From a virus, in IMG/VR virus record IMGVR_UViG_3300047334_000085: a stretch of 64,000 nt of DNA. One strand, written 5' to 3'. The number at the start of each line of letters is the position of its first letter. Within the stretch, counting starts at the first letter, position 1. Below are positions 57,201 to 62,340 of this stretch, in pieces. Both the position numbers and the translations under genes were made by a program. The notes under the pieces were generated by a model. It worked only from the letters and a program-made list of their open reading frames with translations, was not told the DNA's origin and did no database searches.

Positions 57201-60200
57201 GCATCGAGACCAACTCCGCCAACACCGGCATCGATCCCAGGCTGTACAACCCGGACGCGCCGGACACCGAAGACAGCAAGATCAACCGCATCGTGCGCAA
57301 CGTGCTGCGTCACTACGGCGAGCCGGACGCGGCGCAGGCGATCTTCCTCGATCGCGGGTTCAATCCGGTGAAATCGTCCGAGGGGCGGGCCAGCCGCTTC
57401 GTTGTGGTCGATGAACTGATCAAGAAGCTGGTCGAGGGCGGCATCCCGCGTGACCAAATCGCCGTCGTCGCCGGCGGGATGAAAGCGGAGAAGAAGAAAG
57501 AGATCGCCGACGGCATGAACTCCGGCAAGTACCGGATTGCCATCGGCCAGAGCGGCACGCTGGGCGTTGGCGTCAACATGCAGCAGCGGTTGCGCGCCAT
57601 TCACCACTTTGACGCGCCATGGCGTCCGGGTGATCTGGAACAGCGCAACGGCCGCATGAACCGCCAGGGCAACACCTGGAACATGGCATACGAATACCGC
57701 TACGTGACCGAAGGCATCGACGGCCGCCGCTGGCAGGTTCTTCAGGTCAAAGACAAGTTCATCAAGGCGTTCATCGCCGCGTTCAACGACACCAGCGGCA
57801 AGCGCATCGGCAATATCGAGGGCGATGCGGCGGATATGGCGGAGGAGGAGGACTTCTCGAAAACCTTGTCGGCCGCTGCCGGCGACCCGAGAATTATGAT
57901 CCGGGCGAAATACAAGGCCGATGTGGACCGTTTGCAGCGCCGCGAGCGGTTGCACACGCGAGGTCAGGCCGAGGCGATCCAGCTTGCCCGCGATCGGCGG
58001 GTGAGCGGCGAGCGTTTGCAGCAGCAGGCGGCCGAGCAAGGCCGTTACGCCGATCGCTGGGAAGCATCGGTTGACCGTGCGGCGAAGGCGGCCGAGGCCG
58101 ATGGAGACGACCGCAAGTGGTATGAGATTGACGGCGACGAGGCCCAGGCGGCGGCCAAAATCGCTGACCTGGACACCAAGATCGCCGGTTTGGACGATCA
58201 AATCTCCAAGGCGCGGAAGGGGCTTCAAGATTTAAAGGACGAAGGCAAGCCGTTCGGTCACGTTGAACGGCGCCTTGACCGGCTGATTGGCGCCAAAGAC
58301 CGGGCGCAGGCGGCGATTGAAAGCGCCAGGTCCACCGGGCGCTGGTTTGATACCGGCAGCGATCTTCAGGATGCGCTTGACAAGGCGATCGCCCAGGTCG
58401 CCAGGGGCGAGAAGCGGAAACTCGCGACAGTCGGCGGTTTTGATATCGTCGGTAACTGGAGCAGCCCGTTCAACTTGAACGAGGCGCCGCGCATCGAGAT
58501 CTACGACCCCCCGAGCGGGCAGTTTGTAGACTGGGTGACCGGATTGACGGTGCTGCGCATCGCCAATGAACTGAACCAACGGCGCCAAAAACAACAATCC
58601 TGGGCGACTGAGGCCGCCGAGAAGATTGCGTCGATCCCCGCGCTGGAAGCGGCTGGCAAACAGGATTTCCCGCAGCAGGAAAAGCTGACCAAAGTGCGCC
58701 AGCAGCTTGCCGCGCTGGAAGACGATTTACAGACCAATCCAAACCCGCCGCCGTCATGGCTGCGCAACGGCGCGCCGATGGATACCGACATTTACGTGGA
58801 CGGGGAGCCCCGCACGGTGCGTGGGCATCGGGTGGCCGACGACTATTTCCTGGTCACCGACGAGGGCGAGGTGCCCTACCTCGCGGCGATGGACGCCAAC
58901 GGGCTGCGGATTTTCACGGTTCACGAGCCGCCGCAAGTGGTGTCGCGGGAAGCGCCGGACTGGGTCAAGCCGCATCTGGAAGCGACCAGAGGGGTGTCCG
59001 AGGGCGACCCGTATGTCTGGCACGGCGAACTGGTCTGGCACAACCGAGACCTCGCGCTGATCAAGGGCACCACAAACCTGTGGGGACCGGACGAGACCAC
59101 GTTTGTGGGGTTCAAAAAGGGCATGCCTGCGGAACCGGGCCGCAACCACATCGGCATGATGACGCCGAGGGGCTTCAAGCCCCAAGAGTGGGAGCGGCTA
59201 GGTCAAGCACGCGACGATTACCTTTCGCGCGAGGCGAACAGGGCGGCGCTTGATGCTACGGCCAAGCCGGTGCCGGCGAGCGCGTTCTCGCCGACGCGCG
59301 GCCTCGATTTCAACATGGATCGCGGCGCCGATGATGCGGACCGGCCGGTGCGCGGGCTGCCGCGCGGCGGGCTGGCCGAGGACAGCGGTGGCATATCGGT
59401 GCCGCTCTACTCGGCGGTGCAGCGGGCGGCGGACGGGCTGAAGCAGGCCAAGGGGACCGGTCAGCAGATGCTGGCGCAGATCACCAAGGCGCCGGGCGTG
59501 AAGCCGGAAGAGATTGAATGGATGGGTCTGGATGACTGGCTGAAAGGCCAGCCGTCGGTGACCAAGCAGCAGATCCAGGATTTCGTGGCGGCCAACCGGC
59601 TGGATGTGCGGGAGGTGCACAAGGGTGGCGCCGAAGCCCGTGCCGCCTTGCTGGCGCTGGAGCCGGAACTTCGTGCGCTTGGGATCAAGAAAGAGCTTGG
59701 CGAAATCTCGTCAAGGGACATTGCTGACAAGGGCGGATCGGATGATCTGCTTGACAGGTTTTGGGATGCCTTAGAGCAATCGACAAAAGAACCGCCGAAA
59801 TACGCCTCTTGGCTGAAGCCGTTCCAGGCCACGCCGAATTACCGCGAGGTGGTGTTCACACTGCCGCCGAGTGCCGAACGGCAAGTCTACAATGTAGTAC
59901 CTCACCCTTCAGGCACGGGATTTGCCATTCAGCGCGGCAACGGTTCGTTTATCACGCAAGGCCCCACGACGCCGAACCCAGGCGCGCCAACATTGTGGGA
60001 CAGCAGAGAAAGCGCGGAGCACTACGGTGTTCCTGTGCATCGCGCGAAAGACCGTCAGCAGGGCGGCGACTACCTTTCAGGACACTGGCACGAACCGAAT
60101 GTCGTTGCTCATGCCCGTATTGACGAGTTCACCGCCCCGGACGGCGCGCGGGTGCTGATGGTCCATGAGGTGCAAAGCGACTGGCACCAGAAAGGGCGGA

Positions 60201-62338
60201 GGGAAGGGTATATTGAGCCGCCACCCGTCCCGGAAAAAATCACATCGCTACCGGCGGGCTATAGCGTCATCAAGTTCCCGACCGGCTTTCTCGTGACGGA
60301 CCCCGATGGCCGGCACATGACGTCGAGCGCCTTCCAGACCCAGGACGCAGCGGTTGCTGACACGATTGACCGCCTGAACGAATTGGAGGCTGACCGGGCA
60401 CAAAGGCCGTATCAGGGCGATCGCGTCCCCAACGCGCCGTTCAAGACCACGTGGCCGGCGCTGGTGATGAAGCGGATGATCAAATTCGCCGTGGATAACG
60501 GCTTTGACCGTGTGGCGTGGTCGCCGGGGGAGCTGCACGCGGACCGGTATAACCTGTCCAAGCATATCAGCCGCGTCGAATATGACCAAAGCCCCAACAA
60601 CCCCGAGGGCGGAAATTTCAAGGCGTTCGATCAGGACGGCTTTGCGGTGATTAACCGCTACGCCAAAACGGCTGAGTTGCCCGACATAATCGGCAAGGCG
60701 GCGGCGGACAAACTGCTGGCGCGAAATCCCGAGGGCGACAAAATCACGCAGGCCAGCAGTATCAGGCGAACGCTTCGCGGCCTTGATCTGAAAGTCGGCG
60801 GCGAGGGCATGACCGGCTTCTACGACGACATTCTGCCCAGGACGGTGCAGAAGATCGTCGGGAAATACGGTGCCAAGGTCGGGCGGAGCGAGGTCCGAGG
60901 TGGACCGGAGGCTGATGCTTACGAGGCACTCAACCGTGGGCAATCGTCATCGGTGGGAGACCGTAGCAAAGCCTTTGCTACCGTCCATTCCTTCGACATC
61001 ACGCCGGCGTTGCGCGACGCGGTGCAGACTGAGGGGATGGCGCTGTTCGAGCGCAAGCCGGGTGGTGCGGATACGAAACAGACATGGGCGACGCCGCTGG
61101 CCGGAGACATCGGCGGGACCGTCGCCTGGGAGAATAAGGGCCTCGCTCTGATCCGGGGCCATTCGCTCAATGGCAAGCGTATCTACGTGCCGGCCAAGGA
61201 AGGCATCGGCCGCGCCAGCGTGGATATCGACAGCTACACCGGCAAGCACTTCACGCCGGACGAACTCGCCCGCCTGAGAACGGCGCGTGACAAGGTTGCG
61301 GCGGCCGATGTTGCGGCGCTGACGAAGCGCCAAGCGGCAAGCAAACGGGTTTCGCCATGGCCCGACGGCGGGATGAACTTCACCGACCTGCTGTTCGAGG
61401 CGCCGGAGCAAGGCCATGGCGAGGCTGGCGACTGGACCCGGCAGAAGGGCATCGAAACCCACCACGAGCACATCGCGGTGGTGGACAATGCGACCGGGCG
61501 GATTGTGCATGCCGGGACCAACAATCAGCGCCGCGAAGTCGATTTTCCGCACGCCAACATCGCCAGGACGAACAACAGCGTCACGCTGCACCACAACCAC
61601 CCCAACAACACCGGGCAGTCACGGCCGGATATCGTCTACATGGCAAATCCGGGCGTCAGCCATATGGTCGTGCATGGGCATGACGGATCGACCTCGATCG
61701 CCTCGCTGGGTGCCAACGCCGGGTTCGTGCGGACCGCTGATGAGGTGGCAGCGAACGCCAAGACATTGGGCGAGGCATACGACCGGGCGGATGCAACCGC
61801 TCGGCAATTGCTGCGCAAGCGGGTTACCGCCGGCGACGTGAGCGAAGAAGTAGCGGGCCAGTTCCGCGCCGAAGTCACCAACCGGCTGCTGGATGCGGAA
61901 GGGATCACCAACTATGTGTCCACCCGTGAACTGCCGCCCGCTATCAAGCTGGCTGTCGAGCAGACATTGAAAGACCTGGGCTATGATAAGCGGCAGATTG
62001 ATCGATCCACCCGACGAGTTCGCCCCGAAGAGCGAGTTGCAAGCCTTCCTCGACCAGTACGAGGCGGATCCGGACCCGGACGTAAAGCGGATGGTGGCCG
62101 AGGTAAGGGGCTATCTGGAGGACAAGGACAAGCCGATGTCGCAACGCCGGCCGATCAACCAAGCCGCGCAGATGCGGCAGCGCAAGAGGTAGCCGGCAGC
62201 GATATGATCCGCAACGCGCTGGCGTGGATGGCTGGCAGGGCGTCGAAGCCTGGCGGGCTTGCGGAGGCGCCGAACGCCCTGGCTGCGATAAGCCGCAGCA
62301 TACCGAAATCGCCGTCCCGCAACGCTTTGAGGCAATGA
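48281..62338 (+). CDS. Giant polyvalent protein (4,685 aa): N6-adenine DNA methyltransferase + SNF2/DEAH helicase + JAB/MPN-like + multiple unassigned modules
   Basis: Uninterrupted frame in the ORF track. The motifs are listed in the sub-features. Two internal stretches look non-coding in this frame (see findings). Confidence 0.75.
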   Translation: MPLDQQNLPDDWAVAADDDPEEGRRAKAAFERNKAWTKPGARDFTTTLSPAEEKKFQAWVKANDIPNDDSPQADYDMRGYWKASQDPKTWKKLQTEGKIPEDVEPAGTKVDPNDGKPHYPDWWKTPFHETFSNESQWADPAKAPKWNAKDQLVGLDGKVLFDDRDRAKRPDQNADAFVPDAPAGDQFVPDPPTGQARANPGTGAGANDWLVPEEDGSAAQPGAASPAVPPVDDLGNPIDTGGAPQPAAASGAGQPAAAQTMPPLDELGIGQMDPKTGQLPPGMQTANPLDIPQFGANWLKNMGEDWRTGFADKPGYTYGQVLPYATNQQTGAVEWGHQPEWGRQILRGLGISPLQFDITNPQQRADVGAATFALAPALFPAMRGGRFPAATEPPAGPKPRVEPPPVGGGPTAGPDGGPSPPPSGGPGGAASELDDMWRDFKRKHGYDPRTEDAPKAEQPLGPATLDEPAPPPAASETPAPALEQAKPEEFVPDEPEKAKPQAEPEKSTRVTFFDQNRGEYATGTLVGVRPDGIYVVDQAAGAYTLVHPGSVVDTREVTAAPTADEPAGPDSTNTPPPTENAGQQGPGKSGPTAAAGGETAGAGADLPAGAPEKPQPRTVSEIQAEDGVPLGTAVQTHEAEKLAAETPPAVIPPDGEPPPEDLKSAHEGPWETAGKNAEGETVYRNPKGRMATFDAGVPWLGAADGSDDDNERLKVVEPAEGKTKGKTKGETKGETPESEPEAEVPKARPVEQIQAEDGVGLGTAVQKHEDEKAAEQAAENVKTDKSPDDLSFNGEPAGEAAEPAVKPKRETAKRPPTATEIAAEQRPPRTGAERPSYWMNEPEIDEAIDRWRDDPLLGPTTRWLGEYRDAVNRNSDGWPHWGGKVAETLMGLIQQADPRFANYFDKRGRTIFPNRAEIKAAVAPIKAFATKHNLKIPDFELEAKEAKKANADDEAPPTKLKPGQKFHENPDSKLVADTLRDGDHVTTDQGDTFTVTYVGAVHRNKPEQGNMIDVRWDNGKEVSYRPEDLESVLAPRPYFDATGERKMGEGATIKRAKPGAKPESKTEAPAAKPAAKPEEPPAKPEWKMTLDDLDPAYRERRYGDLSLTEFLRQAQLHEAIGAANDARSQTPQGRKAAFERGKRLFRPGGYIHMHPDGQKPPTETPQAKPAPAPEPPSQDDTHPASHDWSVKIADTLRDQGQAKASEMFNALADANNLTPAQREKLLTYTRGATDNPDWTPTPSPTPKTDTKARAGTSNAPSALPSAAQESLAQQMNHIADLWTAQGRPEVAAEIRRGMPGNLTPEAVAEQYQRLRNAAQPAPGADAKTPPKPTRIITPEDLERAELFDPAPDTRDILDARFALPDGSMIAGSENQTHSDIVHALDDEQMKPSVTDFVDETHAAQLGMAPEDDPNALDVSIRYPLTPAQKTAVAQYIAARATYNDAPVMVQYMRETFPVDGARQFQGEVAAIEAQADLFDGAAAPAATGTDRVEVVLPSGRKISLPRQMTQAAVEIAQAVAAADAQVTALRDAMGTPNTTTLARAGNEARDAIFALLQTAGKHGTDVDDLLVSDPFYAGFMGFSEKVPLAKNRENAAGMLAAFDALLGRLARDHKKLFGDIFYTPADQPAAAPTPDLQTPGENAISETPEAEDGDRTENSGVDQAAGGGSRPSRSGTRKPKGNRPSAPLEPGSTENAAPTGRSGDGGEAGVRPGSEEVGGTPAVHSGGDAATGRGGTGDTGVVPDGAGGRTANPAVTRPNFHIDDPKRIIGGSGPKQRFARNRAALRALEDIQAEGRDPTQEELETMAGFIGWGSFGQEVFQGSFERQPYREGWEEEGRWLREHLGREAWESARDSIRNAHYTDPPTVAAMWDMVRHMGFRGGRVLEPSMGVGNFFGMMPRDLMGQSDLTGIEKEKTTGEMAKLLYPHAGIHVKGYEESKTADNFYDLVIGNWPFAQQSPPDRRYDRLSPALHNYFFLKALDQVRPGGLVVGITSNGTMDSVGRAARLEMAKKGKLIAAFRLPSGAFKDYAGTNVVADIIILQKRAEPLANAVDEPWIDATEMSTEHGDIRVNQYFQDHPQNVLGTLDWGHGTTSGRPGMIVHRPDDLEERLQALPATLPTDAYQPVMRGREPRFLINNTKDRQGNIVIADDGHLYQVQGERLARLDDLKSGMTTGSAKVVKAREDQVRRMIGMRKTYGALIDAERDGKPEADTLRKSLKAQYDQFRAAHGPIGKSDGLRVLDRMKDPARSAVESLERPDGTPSPILTEPTVRSRRNLENPSIADAFVLARNEQANFDLDRVAELTGKPRNAVEDVLLDQGAILRTPGGGFQATDDYLSGNVRRKLREAKDALAAGDAKMQPSIDALTKVLPPDTPYYNIEAKLGATWVGDDAYRAFIGDLLALTPDQRAAVDVRFAGSRWKVRFNDRSINRKAEARTVHGHEDYPFNQLMMAAMGNRSIRLTYKDADGNDHLDEKATEEVNAKVQDLKDKFTDWAWSDPERKLAFEQAFNESMNAIAKPHFDGSFMDLSGMALRRGNDPFSLRRHQINAIWRAVVLGRGLFAHEVGTGKSYTMAGVAVEGRRYGKFRKPVVFAHNANSAAVAQEFQDMYPGGKFFYISQLKPDEIATSLRRIANEDWDAVIMPHSLIDRMALTKPTLMALAAEQIAELENAAIEAAAEDDITLTPEEIYSLIEASKTDKKAMGRLRSPTAKDVVRQIQTLLNNIEKQANRASQEDAVPFEQLGIDAILVDEAHEFKKPPFATAMKMRGLNKKASDRSIALDFLTKYVKANNAGKGVFLFTGTPVTNTLNEIFNMARYFMDDRMEEAGIKEWDAWFNTFADATNDIELTSTGEIEPVKRLAAFNNVDELVRQMSEFVDVVQAKDMPEFKPRPTPSGKTLTSPDLTPEELNFLMNGRTLKPEGRPYIKVVTDVGEMSPAQVEILDELRELAREFKAADGKQKKEWMQQGDERVPIRIETNSANTGIDPRLYNPDAPDTEDSKINRIVRNVLRHYGEPDAAQAIFLDRGFNPVKSSEGRASRFVVVDELIKKLVEGGIPRDQIAVVAGGMKAEKKKEIADGMNSGKYRIAIGQSGTLGVGVNMQQRLRAIHHFDAPWRPGDLEQRNGRMNRQGNTWNMAYEYRYVTEGIDGRRWQVLQVKDKFIKAFIAAFNDTSGKRIGNIEGDAADMAEEEDFSKTLSAAAGDPRIMIRAKYKADVDRLQRRERLHTRGQAEAIQLARDRRVSGERLQQQAAEQGRYADRWEASVDRAAKAAEADGDDRKWYEIDGDEAQAAAKIADLDTKIAGLDDQISKARKGLQDLKDEGKPFGHVERRLDRLIGAKDRAQAAIESARSTGRWFDTGSDLQDALDKAIAQVARGEKRKLATVGGFDIVGNWSSPFNLNEAPRIEIYDPPSGQFVDWVTGLTVLRIANELNQRRQKQQSWATEAAEKIASIPALEAAGKQDFPQQEKLTKVRQQLAALEDDLQTNPNPPPSWLRNGAPMDTDIYVDGEPRTVRGHRVADDYFLVTDEGEVPYLAAMDANGLRIFTVHEPPQVVSREAPDWVKPHLEATRGVSEGDPYVWHGELVWHNRDLALIKGTTNLWGPDETTFVGFKKGMPAEPGRNHIGMMTPRGFKPQEWERLGQARDDYLSREANRAALDATAKPVPASAFSPTRGLDFNMDRGADDADRPVRGLPRGGLAEDSGGISVPLYSAVQRAADGLKQAKGTGQQMLAQITKAPGVKPEEIEWMGLDDWLKGQPSVTKQQIQDFVAANRLDVREVHKGGAEARAALLALEPELRALGIKKELGEISSRDIADKGGSDDLLDRFWDALEQSTKEPPKYASWLKPFQATPNYREVVFTLPPSAERQVYNVVPHPSGTGFAIQRGNGSFITQGPTTPNPGAPTLWDSRESAEHYGVPVHRAKDRQQGGDYLSGHWHEPNVVAHARIDEFTAPDGARVLMVHEVQSDWHQKGRREGYIEPPPVPEKITSLPAGYSVIKFPTGFLVTDPDGRHMTSSAFQTQDAAVADTIDRLNELEADRAQRPYQGDRVPNAPFKTTWPALVMKRMIKFAVDNGFDRVAWSPGELHADRYNLSKHISRVEYDQSPNNPEGGNFKAFDQDGFAVINRYAKTAELPDIIGKAAADKLLARNPEGDKITQASSIRRTLRGLDLKVGGEGMTGFYDDILPRTVQKIVGKYGAKVGRSEVRGGPEADAYEALNRGQSSSVGDRSKAFATVHSFDITPALRDAVQTEGMALFERKPGGADTKQTWATPLAGDIGGTVAWENKGLALIRGHSLNGKRIYVPAKEGIGRASVDIDSYTGKHFTPDELARLRTARDKVAAADVAALTKRQAASKRVSPWPDGGMNFTDLLFEAPEQGHGEAGDWTRQKGIETHHEHIAVVDNATGRIVHAGTNNQRREVDFPHANIARTNNSVTLHHNHPNNTGQSRPDIVYMANPGVSHMVVHGHDGSTSIASLGANAGFVRTADEVAANAKTLGEAYDRADATARQLLRKRVTAGDVSEEVAGQFRAEVTNRLLDAEGITNYVSTRELPPAIKLAVEQTLKDLGYDKRQIDRSTRRVRPEERVASLPRPVRGGSGPGRKADGGRGKGLSGGQGQADVATPADQPSRADAAAQEVAGSDMIRNALAWMAGRASKPGGLAEAPNALAAISRSIPKSPSRNALRQ
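50441..50485 (+). repeat. 12-nt tandem repeat encoding GKTK GKTK GETK GET
   Basis: ggcaaaaccaag gggaaaaccaag ggcgaaaccaag ggtgaaacc. Confidence 0.8.
53235..53585 (+). CDS. Candidate nested +1-frame gene (116 aa) inside the giant ORF
   Basis: GGAGG 53224-53228, then 6 nt, then ATG 53235. TAA at 53583. The translation is balanced and helical (MAIEPKTAAWIKQQVADLAHRGL...REWCLMEPEDEP). Third-position G+C is much higher in this frame than in the host frame. Confidence 0.4.
   Translation: MAIEPKTAAWIKQQVADLAHRGLAPGSPRETDLLRHWSQVRPKMLHRLDAAGMAEKLAFVLDQKRWEARQQYIAAGMPPPDAEEQATREWCLMEPEDEPQTQPSPDPISTLTTPSE
53555..54412 (+). other. N6-adenine methyltransferase module of the giant ORF
   Basis: NFHIDDPKR...FIGWGSF entry motif, AdoMet motif VLEPSMGVGNFFG (about 53930), catalytic-type IGNWPFA (about 54131), ...ADIIILQKR. 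Confidence 0.8.
55913..57673 (+). other. SNF2/DEAH-type helicase module of the giant ORF
   Basis: HEVGTGKSYT (motif I), ILVDEAHEFKK (motif II), FTGTPVTN (motif III), GTLGVGVNMQ, DLEQRNGRMNRQGN (motif VI). Confidence 0.85.
60060..60560 (+). other. Unassigned conserved-looking module (HWHEPNVVAHARIDEF...LMVHEVQSDWHQKGR...PFKTTWPALVMKRMIKFAVDNGFDRVAWSPGE)
   Basis: Motifs read from the translation. I recall similar E.QSDW-type modules in other very large phage proteins but cannot name a family. Confidence 0.4.
61451..61710 (+). other. JAB/MPN (RadC-like) metallopeptidase-type module of the giant ORF
   Basis: E.HHEHIAVV...VTLHHNHPNNTGQSRPDI matches the E...HxH(P)x(6-7)S/RxxD JAMM pattern. Confidence 0.6.
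61983..62192 (+). CDS. Candidate nested +1-frame gene (69 aa) near the 3' end of the giant ORF
   Basis: The ORF-track translation (MISGRLIDPPDEFAPKSELQAFLDQYEADPDPDVKRMVAEVRGYLEDKDKP...) is protein-like with G/C-ending codons. The host frame here reads Arg/Gly/Pro filler with mostly A/T-ending codons. Confidence 0.4.
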   Translation: MISGRLIDPPDEFAPKSELQAFLDQYEADPDPDVKRMVAEVRGYLEDKDKPMSQRRPINQAAQMRQRKR

Positions 62339-62340
62339 GC

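Noticed and set aside
56138-58228. 696-aa minus-strand ORF inside the giant gene, and similar ORFs at 48743-49921, 53633-54151 and 62155-63657
   Set aside because: They lie antisense to regions with unambiguous helicase, MTase or lysozyme motifs. Their composition is dominated by Arg, Leu, Gly, Ala, Val and His, as expected for shadow frames.
48281-62338. Giant ORF as an N4-like virion RNA polymerase
   Set aside because: No RNA polymerase motifs were seen. The recognisable motifs are an AdoMet MTase (EPSMGVGNF, NWPF), a DEAH/SNF2 helicase and JAB.
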